A stretch of 64,000 nt of DNA from Barnesiella sp. (GCA_045645425.1 JAZRIS010000026.1:3785-67784); one strand, 5' to 3'; shown: positions 48,940 through 58,702, counted from the first letter of the stretch. Numbers and translations are program-made. Notes: generated by a model not told the origin, from the sequence alone.

Positions 48940-50371
48940 TGTGTGGAAGTCGGTAGATAAGTTTACCATCTTTCTTTATGTTATACTTGTTTTCTTTGGC
49001 TGGGTGAGTATATATGCGGCCAGCTACGACTATGATCAGGCCAGCATTTTCGACTTTGCCGAGCGCTCGGGCAAGCAGCTTGTGTGGATAGGGCTTGCTT
49101 TTGTATTGGCTTCGGTCATTCTGCTTGTCGATTCACGCATGTTTGAGACGTATGCCTACTTGATATACATTGCTTTTATACTCCTGTTGCTTTTTACCTT
49201 GGTAGTTGCCGATGATGTCAAAGGCTCCCGATCGTGGCTCACCATTACCTCTTCGATACGATTGCAACCGGCCGAGTTTGCCAAGTTTGCGACGGCATTG
49301 GCGGTGTCAAAGATGTTCAATGGCTATAATTTCAAGTTTACCGAGCCGGCCAACTTTTTCAAGATTGTAGGTTTGGTATTGTTGCCGATGTTGATTATTG
49401 TGATGCAGAAGGAGATGGGGTCGGCATTGGTATATCTGTCGTTTGTCTTGATGATGTATCGCGAGGGTATGACAGGCTTGGTGCTGTTTGGCGGTATATG
49501 TGCCATTGTCTATTTTGTATTGGGTATAAAATTTAGCTCGGAAATGTGGATGGGTGCCCCGTTGGGCGAGAGTATTGTCCTCATTCTCATTTGCCTTGTA
49601 TTGGTGGGTATCATACGATTTTTTGCCCAAAATCGCATCGTGGCGCGCAATTTGTCCATATTCTACATAGTTGTGGCAATAGTAGTGAGTGTGCTCGGTG
49701 CGTGTCATGTCGCTGTGCCTATGTTGTATGTGCTTTTGGGCGTTATAGCGCTCTCGTTGCTCTATCTTATTGCCATCTATTTCTCTCACTTTACCTCAAA
49801 GATATTGATTGCCGTAGCGGTTACGATTGTTTCGGTGGTGTTTATGTTTTCGAGCAATTATATATTCAATAAACTCGACGACCACCAACGCACACGTATC
49901 GAAGTATTGTTGGGCATAAAGGAGGACTTGCGTGATGCCGGTTATAATGTCAATCAGTCGAAGATAGCCATAGGCTCCGGCGGGTTTTGGGGCAAGGGCT
50001 TCTTGAATGGCACACAAACCAAGCTCAAATATGTTCCCGAACAAGATACCGACTTTATCTTCTGTACGATAGGCGAAGAAGAGGGTTTCTGGGGGTCGTG
50101 TCTTTTATTATTGCTATTTACGGTCTTTATATTGCGTATCATGACAATAGCCGAGCGGCAACCGCGACCCTTTGGACGTGTGTATGCCTATTGTGTCTTG
50201 GGTATTTTCTTCTTTCACCTCTTTATCAATGTGGGTATGGTGATAGGATTGTGCCCTGTTATAGGTATTCCGTTGCCATTTTTTAGCTATGGAGGCTCGT
50301 CGTTGTGGGGATTTACCATTCTCTTGTTTATACTCTTGCGCATTGATGCCTCGCGTAGTGAGCATTTCTAA
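48923..50371 (+). CDS. rodA: SEDS peptidoglycan polymerase RodA
   Basis: 482 aa with a GTG start, in the FtsW/RodA/SpoVE family (LQPAEFAK, PEQDTDFIF, PFFSYGGSS). Follows mrdA. Confidence 0.9.
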   Translation: MARNVDVWKSVDKFTIFLYVILVFFGWVSIYAASYDYDQASIFDFAERSGKQLVWIGLAFVLASVILLVDSRMFETYAYLIYIAFILLLLFTLVVADDVKGSRSWLTITSSIRLQPAEFAKFATALAVSKMFNGYNFKFTEPANFFKIVGLVLLPMLIIVMQKEMGSALVYLSFVLMMYREGMTGLVLFGGICAIVYFVLGIKFSSEMWMGAPLGESIVLILICLVLVGIIRFFAQNRIVARNLSIFYIVVAIVVSVLGACHVAVPMLYVLLGVIALSLLYLIAIYFSHFTSKILIAVAVTIVSVVFMFSSNYIFNKLDDHQRTRIEVLLGIKEDLRDAGYNVNQSKIAIGSGGFWGKGFLNGTQTKLKYVPEQDTDFIFCTIGEEEGFWGSCLLLLLFTVFILRIMTIAERQPRPFGRVYAYCVLGIFFFHLFINVGMVIGLCPVIGIPLPFFSYGGSSLWGFTILLFILLRIDASRSEHF

Positions 50372-50392
50372 ATTGCGCATGCGAGCATAACG

Positions 50393-50434
50393 CAACAGAG
50401 GCAGTACCTTGTGGCGCTGCCTCTGTTGTATTTA
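50393..50434. terminator. bidirectional terminator between rodA and a convergent gene
   Basis: 12-bp perfect stem caacagaggcag / ctgcctctgttg with a 12-nt loop. Confidence 0.65.
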
Positions 50435-50449
50435 TAGATTGATGGAGTT

Positions 50450-50791
50450 TTACTTTTCTTTTTCTCTTTCGCGAGAGATAGCAATAGAGGTGTATAACTG
50501 CAAGAATGCCGATATGGTGAGTAGTACAATCCAATCGTTACCACCTCTGAACATCAAATGGGATGCAAACAACAACATCAATGTTGCCAACAACTCGATG
50601 AGTACAAGGCGACGCATGCGGGTGTTCTTGCCCTTATAGGGTGTGATGAGGCGTATTACAGACATGCCGGCAGCACCTACTGCAAATATATAGGGTACCC
50701 ATGCTTCAAATACAATGAGAGGTAGTAATGCACCGGCAACCACAAGCATGGCCGATGTCTTGAAAATAATCTCTTTAATATCTATCTTCAT
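50450..50791 (-). CDS. small integral membrane protein (unknown function)
   Basis: About 113 aa from MKIDIKEIIF, with 3-4 TM helices. The longer ORF start at 50842 would overlap the upstream gene. Confidence 0.45.
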   Translation of the reverse strand: MKIDIKEIIFKTSAMLVVAGALLPLIVFEAWVPYIFAVGAAGMSVIRLITPYKGKNTRMRRLVLIELLATLMLLFASHLMFRGGNDWIVLLTISAFLQLYTSIAISREREKEK

Positions 50792-50804
50792 TTCTATACT
50801 CTTG

Positions 50805-51146
50805 TTATTGAATTGTTGTCGTGTCGGTGGGCGACTCAACAATCATGAAAACGTCTTCGTGAGGGCGTTGCATGCCATGCTTTTCGCGTGCAATGCGATT
50901 GATGGTGGCAACATCCGACTCGGAGTTGTTTATCTCTTCTTGAAGTTGCTGTATAGTCGCCTCCTCTTGTGCAATCTCTTGTTTCAATGCTCTTATGTGT
51001 GCATCGTTCTTGCAGATGTCTATATAGCTGTTGTCTTTGAGAATGAACAGATGCCATATAACAAATCCGACTATGAGTGCTACCGAAAGGTATGGGCTGA
51101 TATATTGCTTGATAAAATGCAACGTCTTGGCCAACTTCTCATTCAT
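50805..51146 (-). CDS. septum formation initiator family protein (FtsB/DivIC-like)
   Basis: 113 aa with one TM followed by the leucine-zipper-like coiled coil IRALKQEIAQEEATIQQLQEEINN and ...INRIAREKHGM. Confidence 0.6.
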   Translation of the reverse strand: MNEKLAKTLHFIKQYISPYLSVALIVGFVIWHLFILKDNSYIDICKNDAHIRALKQEIAQEEATIQQLQEEINNSESDVATINRIAREKHGMQRPHEDVFMIVESPTDTTTIQ

Positions 51147-51176
51147 ATCTTCTCTTGTTGTGGATGCAAAACGGTA

Positions 51177-51884
51177 TTACAATAGCAAAGCGTCGTCCTT
51201 GATGTATTGGTCGAGAAATTGGGCTACAAGAATAAGACTGTTGAAGTCTTTCCACTTGATTTTGTTCTCTTTGATAAACTTGTTGAACTCTTTCTTTTGT
51301 TCGCGAGTGAGCAACTCGTTTACACCGCGCTTGGTTGCTTGGCATATTGCACGGTCATTGACAACCATCACGGTGTGGGTGATGGTGGGTATGGGGTTGG
51401 TATTGTATTTGTCCTCGGTCAATTCCTTGAAGCGAAGTACGGCTACTGTGCCATAATCTCTCAACGACGAGAGGTTTTGAGTGGCGGCAGTGGTAGTAGG
51501 TGAGCCATATGCGCCATTGCTGTCGGTGAGCGCATTGAGGTCGCATTCGCATGTTGTACCTATAACGACATACTCTGTTTTATATAGGCAAGTCACATAT
51601 TTATTGCCTCGTCTTATGAGTACGGTTTTGTCTTCGCACACCACCGAGTCAATCTTGTGTTTGTCGCGCACAACCTTTATCTGTACGCTGTCGGTAAAGT
51701 GCAATTCGTTGCTTATGAGGTGCACATTGATATTGGCGCTTTCGGCTTTATTGTCGTTGTAATATACGATAGCGGGTTTGAAGTCGTGGTAGAGGTAAGG
51801 CCATCCTTCGGTAGGCTCATATTCTTTGGAAAATCCTGCAATGGCAGCACCGATAAACAATGCGATGAATATAAATTTTTTCAT
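51177..51884 (-). CDS. hypothetical secreted protein
   Basis: 235 aa with a signal peptide MKKFIFIALFIGAAIAGFS. I recognised no family. Confidence 0.5.
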   Translation of the reverse strand: MKKFIFIALFIGAAIAGFSKEYEPTEGWPYLYHDFKPAIVYYNDNKAESANINVHLISNELHFTDSVQIKVVRDKHKIDSVVCEDKTVLIRRGNKYVTCLYKTEYVVIGTTCECDLNALTDSNGAYGSPTTTAATQNLSSLRDYGTVAVLRFKELTEDKYNTNPIPTITHTVMVVNDRAICQATKRGVNELLTREQKKEFNKFIKENKIKWKDFNSLILVAQFLDQYIKDDALLL

Positions 51885-52137
51885 AATCGTTTTTTGTGTT
51901 TAAAATTTTACTTCAAGGTACGAATTTACGCATATTTTTCAATCTGCTGTCATTTTCTCTCATATTTTATTGCTCGATGCTCGAATTTAATATTTTTTAG
52001 TAGCTACATTCAATCACCGTTGTGCGAGAGATAACTATAATTTTAGATATGATATATTAATTTTAATAAAGAAGCAATGGATGCAGGCAAAAAATAGCGT
52101 ATATTTGCACACAAGAAACAATTATTATCAAATATTT

Positions 52138-55053
52138 ATGATTATGAAAACAAGAAAATTAGCATTGCTGTTGCTCTTGCTTGTTACCACCTGTTTCTAC
52201 TCGGTGGCACAGTTGAGCACATTTACATTGCGTAACGGAGCAACCGTGTATATCTGGGAGGACAAGTCGCAACCCGATGTGTATGGTATGGTGACATTCA
52301 ATGTCGGCTCTATAGATGACCCCGTTGAGTACACAGGTCTTGCTCACTACCTTGAGCATGTGATGTTTAAGGGTACACAAACCATCGGTGCTCTCGATTG
52401 GGAAAAAGAGAAGCCTTTGTATGAGCAAATCATTGCCAAATATGACGAGATGGCTGCTACTACCGATGCCAAGGCCAAGGAGGCTTTGGGTCTTGAAATC
52501 AACAAGCTGTCGGTAGAGGCTGCACAATATGCCGCCGCCAATGAATTTACTTTGTTGGTAGATGGTATGGGTGGTCAAGGTCTTAATGCCGGTACCGGTT
52601 ATGATCAGACAATGTACTTCAATACATTCCCTCCCACACAGCTCGAAAAGTGGTTGGAGCTTTATAGCGAGCGCCTTATCGACCCCGTTTTCCGTGGCTT
52701 CCAAACAGAGCTTGAGGCTGTATATGAGGAGTACAATATGTATCAAGACAACATTGGCTCCAACCTCTCTCAATTTATCTTTGGTGAGGCTTTCAAGGGT
52801 ACTCCTTACGGACGTCCCATCATCGGTTTGCCCGAGCACTTGAAAAACCCCAGCCTCAGCAATTTGATTAACTTCTACGAAAATTGGTATGGCCCCGAGA
52901 ATATGGCTATTATCCTTGTAGGTAATCTCGATGCCGCTCAAGCCGTTTCTCTCGTTCGTCAAAAGTTTGAACGTATTCCTCGCCGCGGTGTACAAGCGCA
53001 CCAAGAGGTTGTTCGCACTCCCTTCAGTGGCCGTAAGGTTATCTCGGAGAAACTTTTCTACCAACCCTTTGTAGCTATGGTATATAATGGTGTGCCCTCA
53101 AATGCTCCCGATGAAATTGCATTGTCGGTGGCTACACAGTTGCTCACCAACGGACAGTCGAGCGGTATTCTTGACAAACTTGCCGTAGATGGTACTATCA
53201 TGGGCGCTGTTGCATCGCCGGTATCGTTCCGCAATGCCGGTATCGTGATGTTGCAAATCTTCCCCGCTTACGACCAAAGTCAAGGTAAGTATGATAGCCA
53301 CGCATCGGTCGAGAAGAAAATGGTCGATGCCATCGAGCAGTTGCGCAATGGCAACTTTACAGTAGAGCAGTTGGAGGCTGTCAAGAATGCTATGATACGC
53401 GACTTCCAGCTCAGTATGGAGTCGAACGAAACTAAAGCACAAAACCTCTCTAACGTCTTCAATACAGGTACAAATCCCGTTGAGATTGTCAATTATACAC
53501 AAAACGTAGCCGCTGTTACTGCCGAGGATGTAATCAATGTGGTAAACAAATACTTGAACTCGGATGTATTGGTGGTTAATGTACAAGAGATAAGAGGTGA
53601 CCGCAAGGTGTCGAAACTTGACAAAGTAGCCAAGCCCGGTTATATGCCCGTAGAGGCTGTGCGCGGTGTCAAGAGTGACTATGCTCAATATTTGGAGTCG
53701 ATGGAAGTTCCTGCTCCTCAACCCGATTATTGCGACTTCAACTCGGTGCAAACTGTTCCCATCAATACTCGCAGTAAACTCTATTATACTGTCAATCCCG
53801 AGAATGATGTGTACAGCCTCACACTTCGCTATGGTGTAGGTACACGTCGCATGCCCATCCTTGCCTATGCAGTGCCTTTGATGAACAATGCCGGAACAAT
53901 GGCTCATCTTTCGCCCTATGAGTTTAAGCAAGCATTGGCTCACCTCAACACTACCATCAACTACTCGGTGTCTGATGATTATATGACTGTTACGCTCTAT
54001 GGCTCTGAAAGTTCATTGACTGCTGCTTGTCAGCTCTTGCAACGACAAATTCTTATGCCCCAATTGGATGAGCAACAATTACAAGGTATCATCGGTCAAG
54101 AGTATAGCTCTCGTATGAGCGAGAAGGAGAGTGTAGAGTCGCAACAACAAGCCTTGTTGCAATACATGTTGCATGGACAGAACTCTGACTACCTCACTCG
54201 TATGCCTCTCCAAAAGGTTGTTGAACTCTCTGCTGGTGAGTTGTCGGCTGCTTTCCGTGAGGCTACCAACTATGAGTTTACTGCTCACTATGTGGGTACA
54301 ATGCCCTTTGAGCAAGTTTCTCAAATATTGAGCACCAACTTGCCTCTTATCGAGAACGAAACAGTATCGCTCTCTCCCGAGGTGATGGATCGTGAGGTAT
54401 ATACCGAGAATACTGTATATTTCTTGCCCAACGACAAGGCTAAACAAAGCAATATCTACTTCTTTGTAGAAGGTGAGCCTTTTGATATCGACAACTCTAT
54501 TGTAATGGAGGCCTTTACAACCTATTTCGGTGCCGGATTTGGTAGCCTTGTGGTTGATGAGATACGCGAAAAACGTGCTATGGCCTACTCGGCTTACGGT
54601 GGTATCAGTGCGCCCCAGCTCCCGGGTAAGAATTGGATGTTGATGGGTTATGTGGGTACTCAAGGCGACAAGACTGTTGAGGCTTTGCAAGTATATACCG
54701 ACTTGTTGAAGGATATGCCCCAAGCTCGCGAAAACTTTGATGTTATCAAGGTGAATATGCGTGAGTCGCTCTTGAGCGAGAAACCGAGCTTCCGTAGCCG
54801 CAGTATGGTGTTTGAGTATTGGAAGCGTATGGGTTATACTCAAGACCCCGCTATCGACAATATGAAGCGTATTGAGGAACTCACTTTTGATGATGTTGTG
54901 AAGTTCTATGAGGAGAATATCAAGGGCAAACCTATCGCTATTGCTATCGTAGGTAGTCCCAAAGATGTGAAGGAGAAAGACCTTGCCAAGTTTGGTAAAG
55001 TTGTGAAAGTACAACGCTCTAAACTCTATACCGACGATACTCTCTCGTTCTAA
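52138..55053 (+). CDS. M16 family (pitrilysin/insulinase-like) zinc peptidase, double-length form
   Basis: Start trimmed to MIMKTRKLALLLLL because an exact TAtaTTTG box (52100-52107) lies inside the longer ORF. The inverted zinc motif HYLEHVMFKG (HxxEH) is present, and the length fits a four-domain M16 architecture. Confidence 0.85.
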   Translation: MIMKTRKLALLLLLLVTTCFYSVAQLSTFTLRNGATVYIWEDKSQPDVYGMVTFNVGSIDDPVEYTGLAHYLEHVMFKGTQTIGALDWEKEKPLYEQIIAKYDEMAATTDAKAKEALGLEINKLSVEAAQYAAANEFTLLVDGMGGQGLNAGTGYDQTMYFNTFPPTQLEKWLELYSERLIDPVFRGFQTELEAVYEEYNMYQDNIGSNLSQFIFGEAFKGTPYGRPIIGLPEHLKNPSLSNLINFYENWYGPENMAIILVGNLDAAQAVSLVRQKFERIPRRGVQAHQEVVRTPFSGRKVISEKLFYQPFVAMVYNGVPSNAPDEIALSVATQLLTNGQSSGILDKLAVDGTIMGAVASPVSFRNAGIVMLQIFPAYDQSQGKYDSHASVEKKMVDAIEQLRNGNFTVEQLEAVKNAMIRDFQLSMESNETKAQNLSNVFNTGTNPVEIVNYTQNVAAVTAEDVINVVNKYLNSDVLVVNVQEIRGDRKVSKLDKVAKPGYMPVEAVRGVKSDYAQYLESMEVPAPQPDYCDFNSVQTVPINTRSKLYYTVNPENDVYSLTLRYGVGTRRMPILAYAVPLMNNAGTMAHLSPYEFKQALAHLNTTINYSVSDDYMTVTLYGSESSLTAACQLLQRQILMPQLDEQQLQGIIGQEYSSRMSEKESVESQQQALLQYMLHGQNSDYLTRMPLQKVVELSAGELSAAFREATNYEFTAHYVGTMPFEQVSQILSTNLPLIENETVSLSPEVMDREVYTENTVYFLPNDKAKQSNIYFFVEGEPFDIDNSIVMEAFTTYFGAGFGSLVVDEIREKRAMAYSAYGGISAPQLPGKNWMLMGYVGTQGDKTVEALQVYTDLLKDMPQARENFDVIKVNMRESLLSEKPSFRSRSMVFEYWKRMGYTQDPAIDNMKRIEELTFDDVVKFYEENIKGKPIAIAIVGSPKDVKEKDLAKFGKVVKVQRSKLYTDDTLSF

Positions 55054-55072
55054 AACCTCCTCTTATGGTAAT

Positions 55073-55112
55073 AAAAAATCCTATCGCGCGAGTTGCGATA
55101 GGATTTTTTTTA
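55073..55112. terminator. bidirectional rho-independent terminator
   Basis: Stem atcctatcgc / gcgataggat, flanked by aaaaa upstream and tttttttt downstream. It lies between convergent genes. Confidence 0.8.
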
Positions 55113-55149
55113 TGTCACCATCTGTGTTGTTGATGGGTGTCATGTTTTG

Positions 55150-55896
55150 TTATTTAAATCCTTGAGTGGCGATAAAGTCGGTCCAGATGCGAGAGAAGTG
55201 CTCGTTGTCTTTCTTGTTGTATCGTATGTCGGTAAAGACCTGTGCAAGGCTCTCTTTGTTATTCTCCTCGACGTATTGTTTATTGATAGGCAAGGCTTCT
55301 TTGTCGGCATATAGCGCCTTTATGCGCTCGGTAGAGTAATCGTTGTACTGCTCGTGGTGTATGCAGGCTTCGATGGGGAGTCGCTCAACCTGTTGGGGTG
55401 TGCCATCGGGGTATCCCACGGTGAGCGTTGCTACGGGCACAACTCGTTGGGGGAGGTTGAGAATTTCGGCTATCTGTGGTGCATTGTAGGTAGTAGTACC
55501 CAAGTAGCAGCATCCCAATCCCTTTGCCTCGGCCGCTGTGTTGAATTGCTGTGCAACCAAGAGGGCATCAATCATGGCGGTGTTGAACGATATGAAATTG
55601 TCGTATCCGGGTTGAGCGTTACTTGCTTCGCACCATTTGACAAATCGGTTGAAGTCGGCGCAGAATGTGAGTACAACGGGTGCGCTTGTCACGGTGGGTT
55701 GGTTGAAGTGAGTGGGGGCAAGGCGTTGCTTCATCTCTTCATTACGTGTTACTATCACGCTGTATAGTTGCATGCCTCCGGTAGTGGGCGCACGGAATGC
55801 GGCTTCAAATAGTTTGTTGAGTAGCTCGTCGCTCACGGGAGTATCGTTGTAACGACGAATGGTGCGTCGGTTGCGCAAGAAATCCAATGTATCCAT
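55150..55896 (-). CDS. nitroreductase-family NAD(P)H oxidoreductase (NfsA-like)
   Basis: 248 aa. N-terminus RRTIRRY...; has FMN-binding nitroreductase fold blocks. Confidence 0.75.
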   Translation of the reverse strand: MDTLDFLRNRRTIRRYNDTPVSDELLNKLFEAAFRAPTTGGMQLYSVIVTRNEEMKQRLAPTHFNQPTVTSAPVVLTFCADFNRFVKWCEASNAQPGYDNFISFNTAMIDALLVAQQFNTAAEAKGLGCCYLGTTTYNAPQIAEILNLPQRVVPVATLTVGYPDGTPQQVERLPIEACIHHEQYNDYSTERIKALYADKEALPINKQYVEENNKESLAQVFTDIRYNKKDNEHFSRIWTDFIATQGFK

Positions 55897-56003
55897 AGGG
55901 TGTGTATATTGAATAGTATTTGTATTATTTTTATGGGGTAGGGGCTATGCGCCATCATAGGTAATGATACAAAAAAAGCTGTCGGTTGTGACAGCTCTCT
56001 TTG

Positions 56004-56086
56004 TGGGCGAAGATGGATTCGAACCACCGAAGGTAAAAACCAGCAGATTTACAGTCTGCCCCATTTGGCCACTCTGGTATTCGCCC
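56004..56086 (-). tRNA. tRNA-Tyr (anticodon GUA), long variable arm, CCA not encoded
   Basis: The reverse complement GGGCGAAUACCAGAGUGGCCAAAUGGGGCAGACUGUAAAUCUGCUGGUUUUUACCUUCGGUGGUUCGAAUCCAUCUUCGCCCA parallels E. coli tRNA-Tyr almost block for block. An exact caaagata -7 box lies at 56097-56104. Confidence 0.95.
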
Positions 56087-56192
56087 ATTGCGAGTGCAAA
56101 GATAAGAATAAATATGTCAATTATGCAACTTTGAGAGCTACTTTTTTGTATTTATTTTTCTTTATTTTTGCAATCTCTTATACTTCAATATC

Positions 56193-56714
56193 TTACAATG
56201 TAACTTCCTTTTTGCTGCAAAGTGTTGTTGCTTTCAATGCGGTCATTTTGAGTGCGGTTGCGGCACACTCGCTACCCTTGTTGCCCATCACACCACCGGC
56301 ACGGTCGTATGCTTGTTGCATGTTGTTGGTGGTGATGACACCAAATATTACGGGTACTTGTGTGTGCAAGTTCAATTCGGTAACGCCTTGTGTTACGCTA
56401 TCGCATACATAGTCGAAGTGTGGGGTATCGCCACGCACTACACATCCCAACACGATGACAGCATCGGGTGATATGCTCTCAATCATACGCTTTGCACCGT
56501 ATGTGAGTTCTACTGTTCCGGGTACGCGAGTTACATAGATATTATCGGGATATACGCCTTGTTGCGAGAGTGTGTCTATTGCACCTTGCAGCAGGGGCGA
56601 GATAATATTGTCGTTCCATTCGGCGGCTACGATGCCTACTCTTAGCTTTTTGCAGTGTTCGGCCGAGGGCATTCCGGCAGTGAATACTTGTGTATTGTCG
56701 TTTGCGTTTGCCAT
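56193..56714 (-). CDS. ribH: 6,7-dimethyl-8-ribityllumazine synthase
   Basis: 173 aa with [23 protein letters not shown] and TPHFDYV blocks. An exact caaagata -7 box lies at 56749-56756. Confidence 0.9.
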   Translation of the reverse strand: MANANDNTQVFTAGMPSAEHCKKLRVGIVAAEWNDNIISPLLQGAIDTLSQQGVYPDNIYVTRVPGTVELTYGAKRMIESISPDAVIVLGCVVRGDTPHFDYVCDSVTQGVTELNLHTQVPVIFGVITTNNMQQAYDRAGGVMGNKGSECAATALKMTALKATTLCSKKEVTL

Positions 56715-56790
56715 ATTACGAGTGTTAAAAAGGGGCTGAAATCTTGTGCAAAGATATCACAGCCCCTTGTTTGGTTATTGATGAAATCTA

Positions 56791-57450
56791 TTATTTCACG
56801 CGCTCAATGTAAGCATCGATAGTAGATGCTTGTTGTGATGCGGGATATTCTTTTTTGATTTGCTCATATACTTTCAATGCAGCAGCTTTGTCACCAAGTT
56901 TCTCGTAAACGTTGGCAGCCTTAATCAAGTATATGGGAGAGAATATGTCGTTGTTGGCGGTTTTGGCAGCTTTCTCAAAGTATTTAACAGCTTCGGTAGC
57001 GTTGTCCATATCAACAAGAGCATTACCGATAGCGGCTGTCACGGCGGGAGCTAACAATGCGTCGTTGGCGCTGAACTTGCTCAAGTAAGTTTTGGCACTT
57101 TCATACTCGCCTTTTTTGTAGTATGCCAATCCTGCATATACGTTTGCGATGTTGCCGGCGTCGGTTGAGCCATAGTTGTCGATAACGGTAAGAAGACCGT
57201 CAAACTCTTCGTTGCCGTTCAAGGCGAGGTCGAGAGAGTCTTGTTCAAAGGCCAATACCGATTGGAACAAAGCCTCTTGAGCCTTCTCTTCGCGGGGCTC
57301 AAAGTAGAATTGCTTCACTGCCAATATTATCGCTATAACTGCGATGATTGCACACAAGACTGTTACGATTGTCTTTTGATTTTTTACTAAGAATTTCTCT
57401 GATGACGATATTGCTTCTTGCATTACTTCGTCTTTTCTTTCTTCTGTCAT
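56791..57450 (-). CDS. membrane-anchored tetratricopeptide-repeat protein (YfgM-like)
   Basis: 219 aa: N-terminal TM IVTVLCAIIAVIAIILAV, then TPR-like helices. An exact caaaaata -7 box lies at 57504-57511. Confidence 0.6.
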   Translation of the reverse strand: MTEERKDEVMQEAISSSEKFLVKNQKTIVTVLCAIIAVIAIILAVKQFYFEPREEKAQEALFQSVLAFEQDSLDLALNGNEEFDGLLTVIDNYGSTDAGNIANVYAGLAYYKKGEYESAKTYLSKFSANDALLAPAVTAAIGNALVDMDNATEAVKYFEKAAKTANNDIFSPIYLIKAANVYEKLGDKAAALKVYEQIKKEYPASQQASTIDAYIERVK

Positions 57451-57594
57451 ATCTTTGTATTATTTTTTTATTCCTTTTTTCAGAATGCTTATTTTTCGAC
57501 CGACAAAAATAACTCTTTTCTTTTGATATACGAAATTTCACGCTTGTTTTTTTGCTTCCAATTTGTTTTTGATGCTTGCGAGGCCTGTTGCGCT

Positions 57595-58071
57595 CTATAT
57601 TTTCTCTTTTTTTCTACTATCGGCACTATGCTGTGAGTTGTGTCTTATGAGTAGAACAATGCTTGTCAGTTGCGAGGCGAGGCAGAGTGTAACGAACAGA
57701 TACTCCCATTTGTGCGGGCTGTCGCCATTGCCCTCGTTGATGGGTATTGCGTAGGGTATGGAGTCGATGATGTGTACCTCCTTGGTGTGTATGGCAACGC
57801 TGTCGCGACGCGGCTCGACGATGAGGGTGTGCAGTAGCGTGCCGTTTGTTACCGAGGCTCGGCTCGACACTCCGTTGCCTTGTAGGAGGCTTGTGGTGTC
57901 GATAGTGTGGTTGTAGTATGCTTCGCCATTCGATATTATTTCTACAACGGTGTCTTTTATCAAGACAACTTCGCTATGATGTCTTTCTGCGGGGATATAA
58001 GTCCTCTTGTTGCAACTTGTTATTGATAATATCATGCTTGCAACGATAGCGAGGTATGGTAGCCATTTCAT
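57595..58071 (-). CDS. lipoprotein with a C-terminal TM anchor (unimolecular-spanin-like architecture)
   Basis: 158 aa with the lipobox SITSC at the N-terminus, a beta-rich middle, a C-terminal TM WEYLFVTLCLASQLTSIVLLI and a basic tail. Its start overlaps the stop of the M15 gene by 4 nt (ATGA). Confidence 0.4.
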   Translation of the reverse strand: MKWLPYLAIVASMILSITSCNKRTYIPAERHHSEVVLIKDTVVEIISNGEAYYNHTIDTTSLLQGNGVSSRASVTNGTLLHTLIVEPRRDSVAIHTKEVHIIDSIPYAIPINEGNGDSPHKWEYLFVTLCLASQLTSIVLLIRHNSQHSADSRKKEKI

Positions 58072-58475
58072 TGGTATAACACCTCCTTTCTGTTTTCTCC
58101 GTTACGCTTGTAGCTCACGTGTATCCATGCCGGTCCCTGTTTGTTGCCTCGTTCCCATATAAGTTGGTCGAAAGGCAGTTTGAGAAGTATCTCAAATAGC
58201 CTTTTGTTCTCGGCCGGATGTCCTGTGTCGATGTCGGCCGCTTCTCCTATGGTGTGCTGGCTGTTATCTACACCTCCTACGCATTTGTTGAGTCGAGGAC
58301 AACGATAGCCACTGTTCACTCTGATGGGCTTGCCCAAGGCTTCGCGTGCGGGGTCAAGAACATGCTCCACCAACGCTTGCAAGTTCTGTATGCACATCTT
58401 GTCTGGCGTGTTGTCGATGTGCAGTTGGCGAGCTACGGCACTGTCGGTGAGTTCTTCGATAATAAAATATTTCAT
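58068..58475 (-). CDS. peptidase M15 (Peptidase_M15_3 / phage endolysin-type cell-wall peptidase)
   Basis: 135 aa. Zn ligand pattern SQHTIGEAADI (H..D) plus WIHVS (H). No signal peptide. Confidence 0.8.
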   Translation of the reverse strand: MKYFIIEELTDSAVARQLHIDNTPDKMCIQNLQALVEHVLDPAREALGKPIRVNSGYRCPRLNKCVGGVDNSQHTIGEAADIDTGHPAENKRLFEILLKLPFDQLIWERGNKQGPAWIHVSYKRNGENRKEVLYQ

Positions 58476-58702
58476 TCCTCGCCTCCTTTCTTGTCGCGAT
58501 GAATGTGCGTGCGAATGCGGTAACTGTAATCGACCCCAAACAGTGCTCCGGCAAAAGTCACCACTTCGCCAAAAGCTACCAATACGCTGTTGTGTATTTC
58601 GCCTTCAGGAGCCACCCAAAATCCCGAAAAAATAAGCACCAATCCCGCCAAGCACATAATGCAAGCGGTGATGAGGTGTATTGTCATTTTGTCTATTTTC
58701 AT
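58472..58702 (-). CDS. holin-like small membrane protein (two TM helices, charged C-tail)
   Basis: 76 aa. TM1 is IHLITACIMCLAGLVLIFSGFWV, TM2 is VLVAFGEVVTFAGALFGV, and the tail is RIRTHIHRDKKGGEE. Its stop overlaps the M15 start by 4 nt. Confidence 0.45.
   Translation of the reverse strand: MKIDKMTIHLITACIMCLAGLVLIFSGFWVAPEGEIHNSVLVAFGEVVTFAGALFGVDYSYRIRTHIHRDKKGGEE

Noticed and set aside
52159-55014. Three long antisense ORFs (301, 281 and 311 aa) opposite the M16 peptidase gene
   Set aside because: All are embedded in a single 2.9-kb plus-strand gene with an HxxEH zinc motif and have no independent support. The same reasoning applies to the antisense ORFs opposite nupG (3334-4122), purH (43565-44278), mreC (45631-46443), mrdA (48181-48891) and the NeuA-HAD gene (24413-25282).
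56715-56790. FMN riboswitch upstream of ribH
   Set aside because: Only about 35 nt lies between the -7 box (56749-56756) and the ribH start. That is too short for the ~140-nt FMN aptamer, and no conserved FMN-element blocks are visible.
55897-58702. Genomic island or prophage integrated at tRNA-Tyr explaining the lysis cassette
   Set aside because: No integrase is present. I noticed no direct repeat of the tRNA 3' end elsewhere in the window. Housekeeping ribH and a TPR gene lie between the tRNA and the cassette. A very old, fully decayed insertion cannot be excluded.
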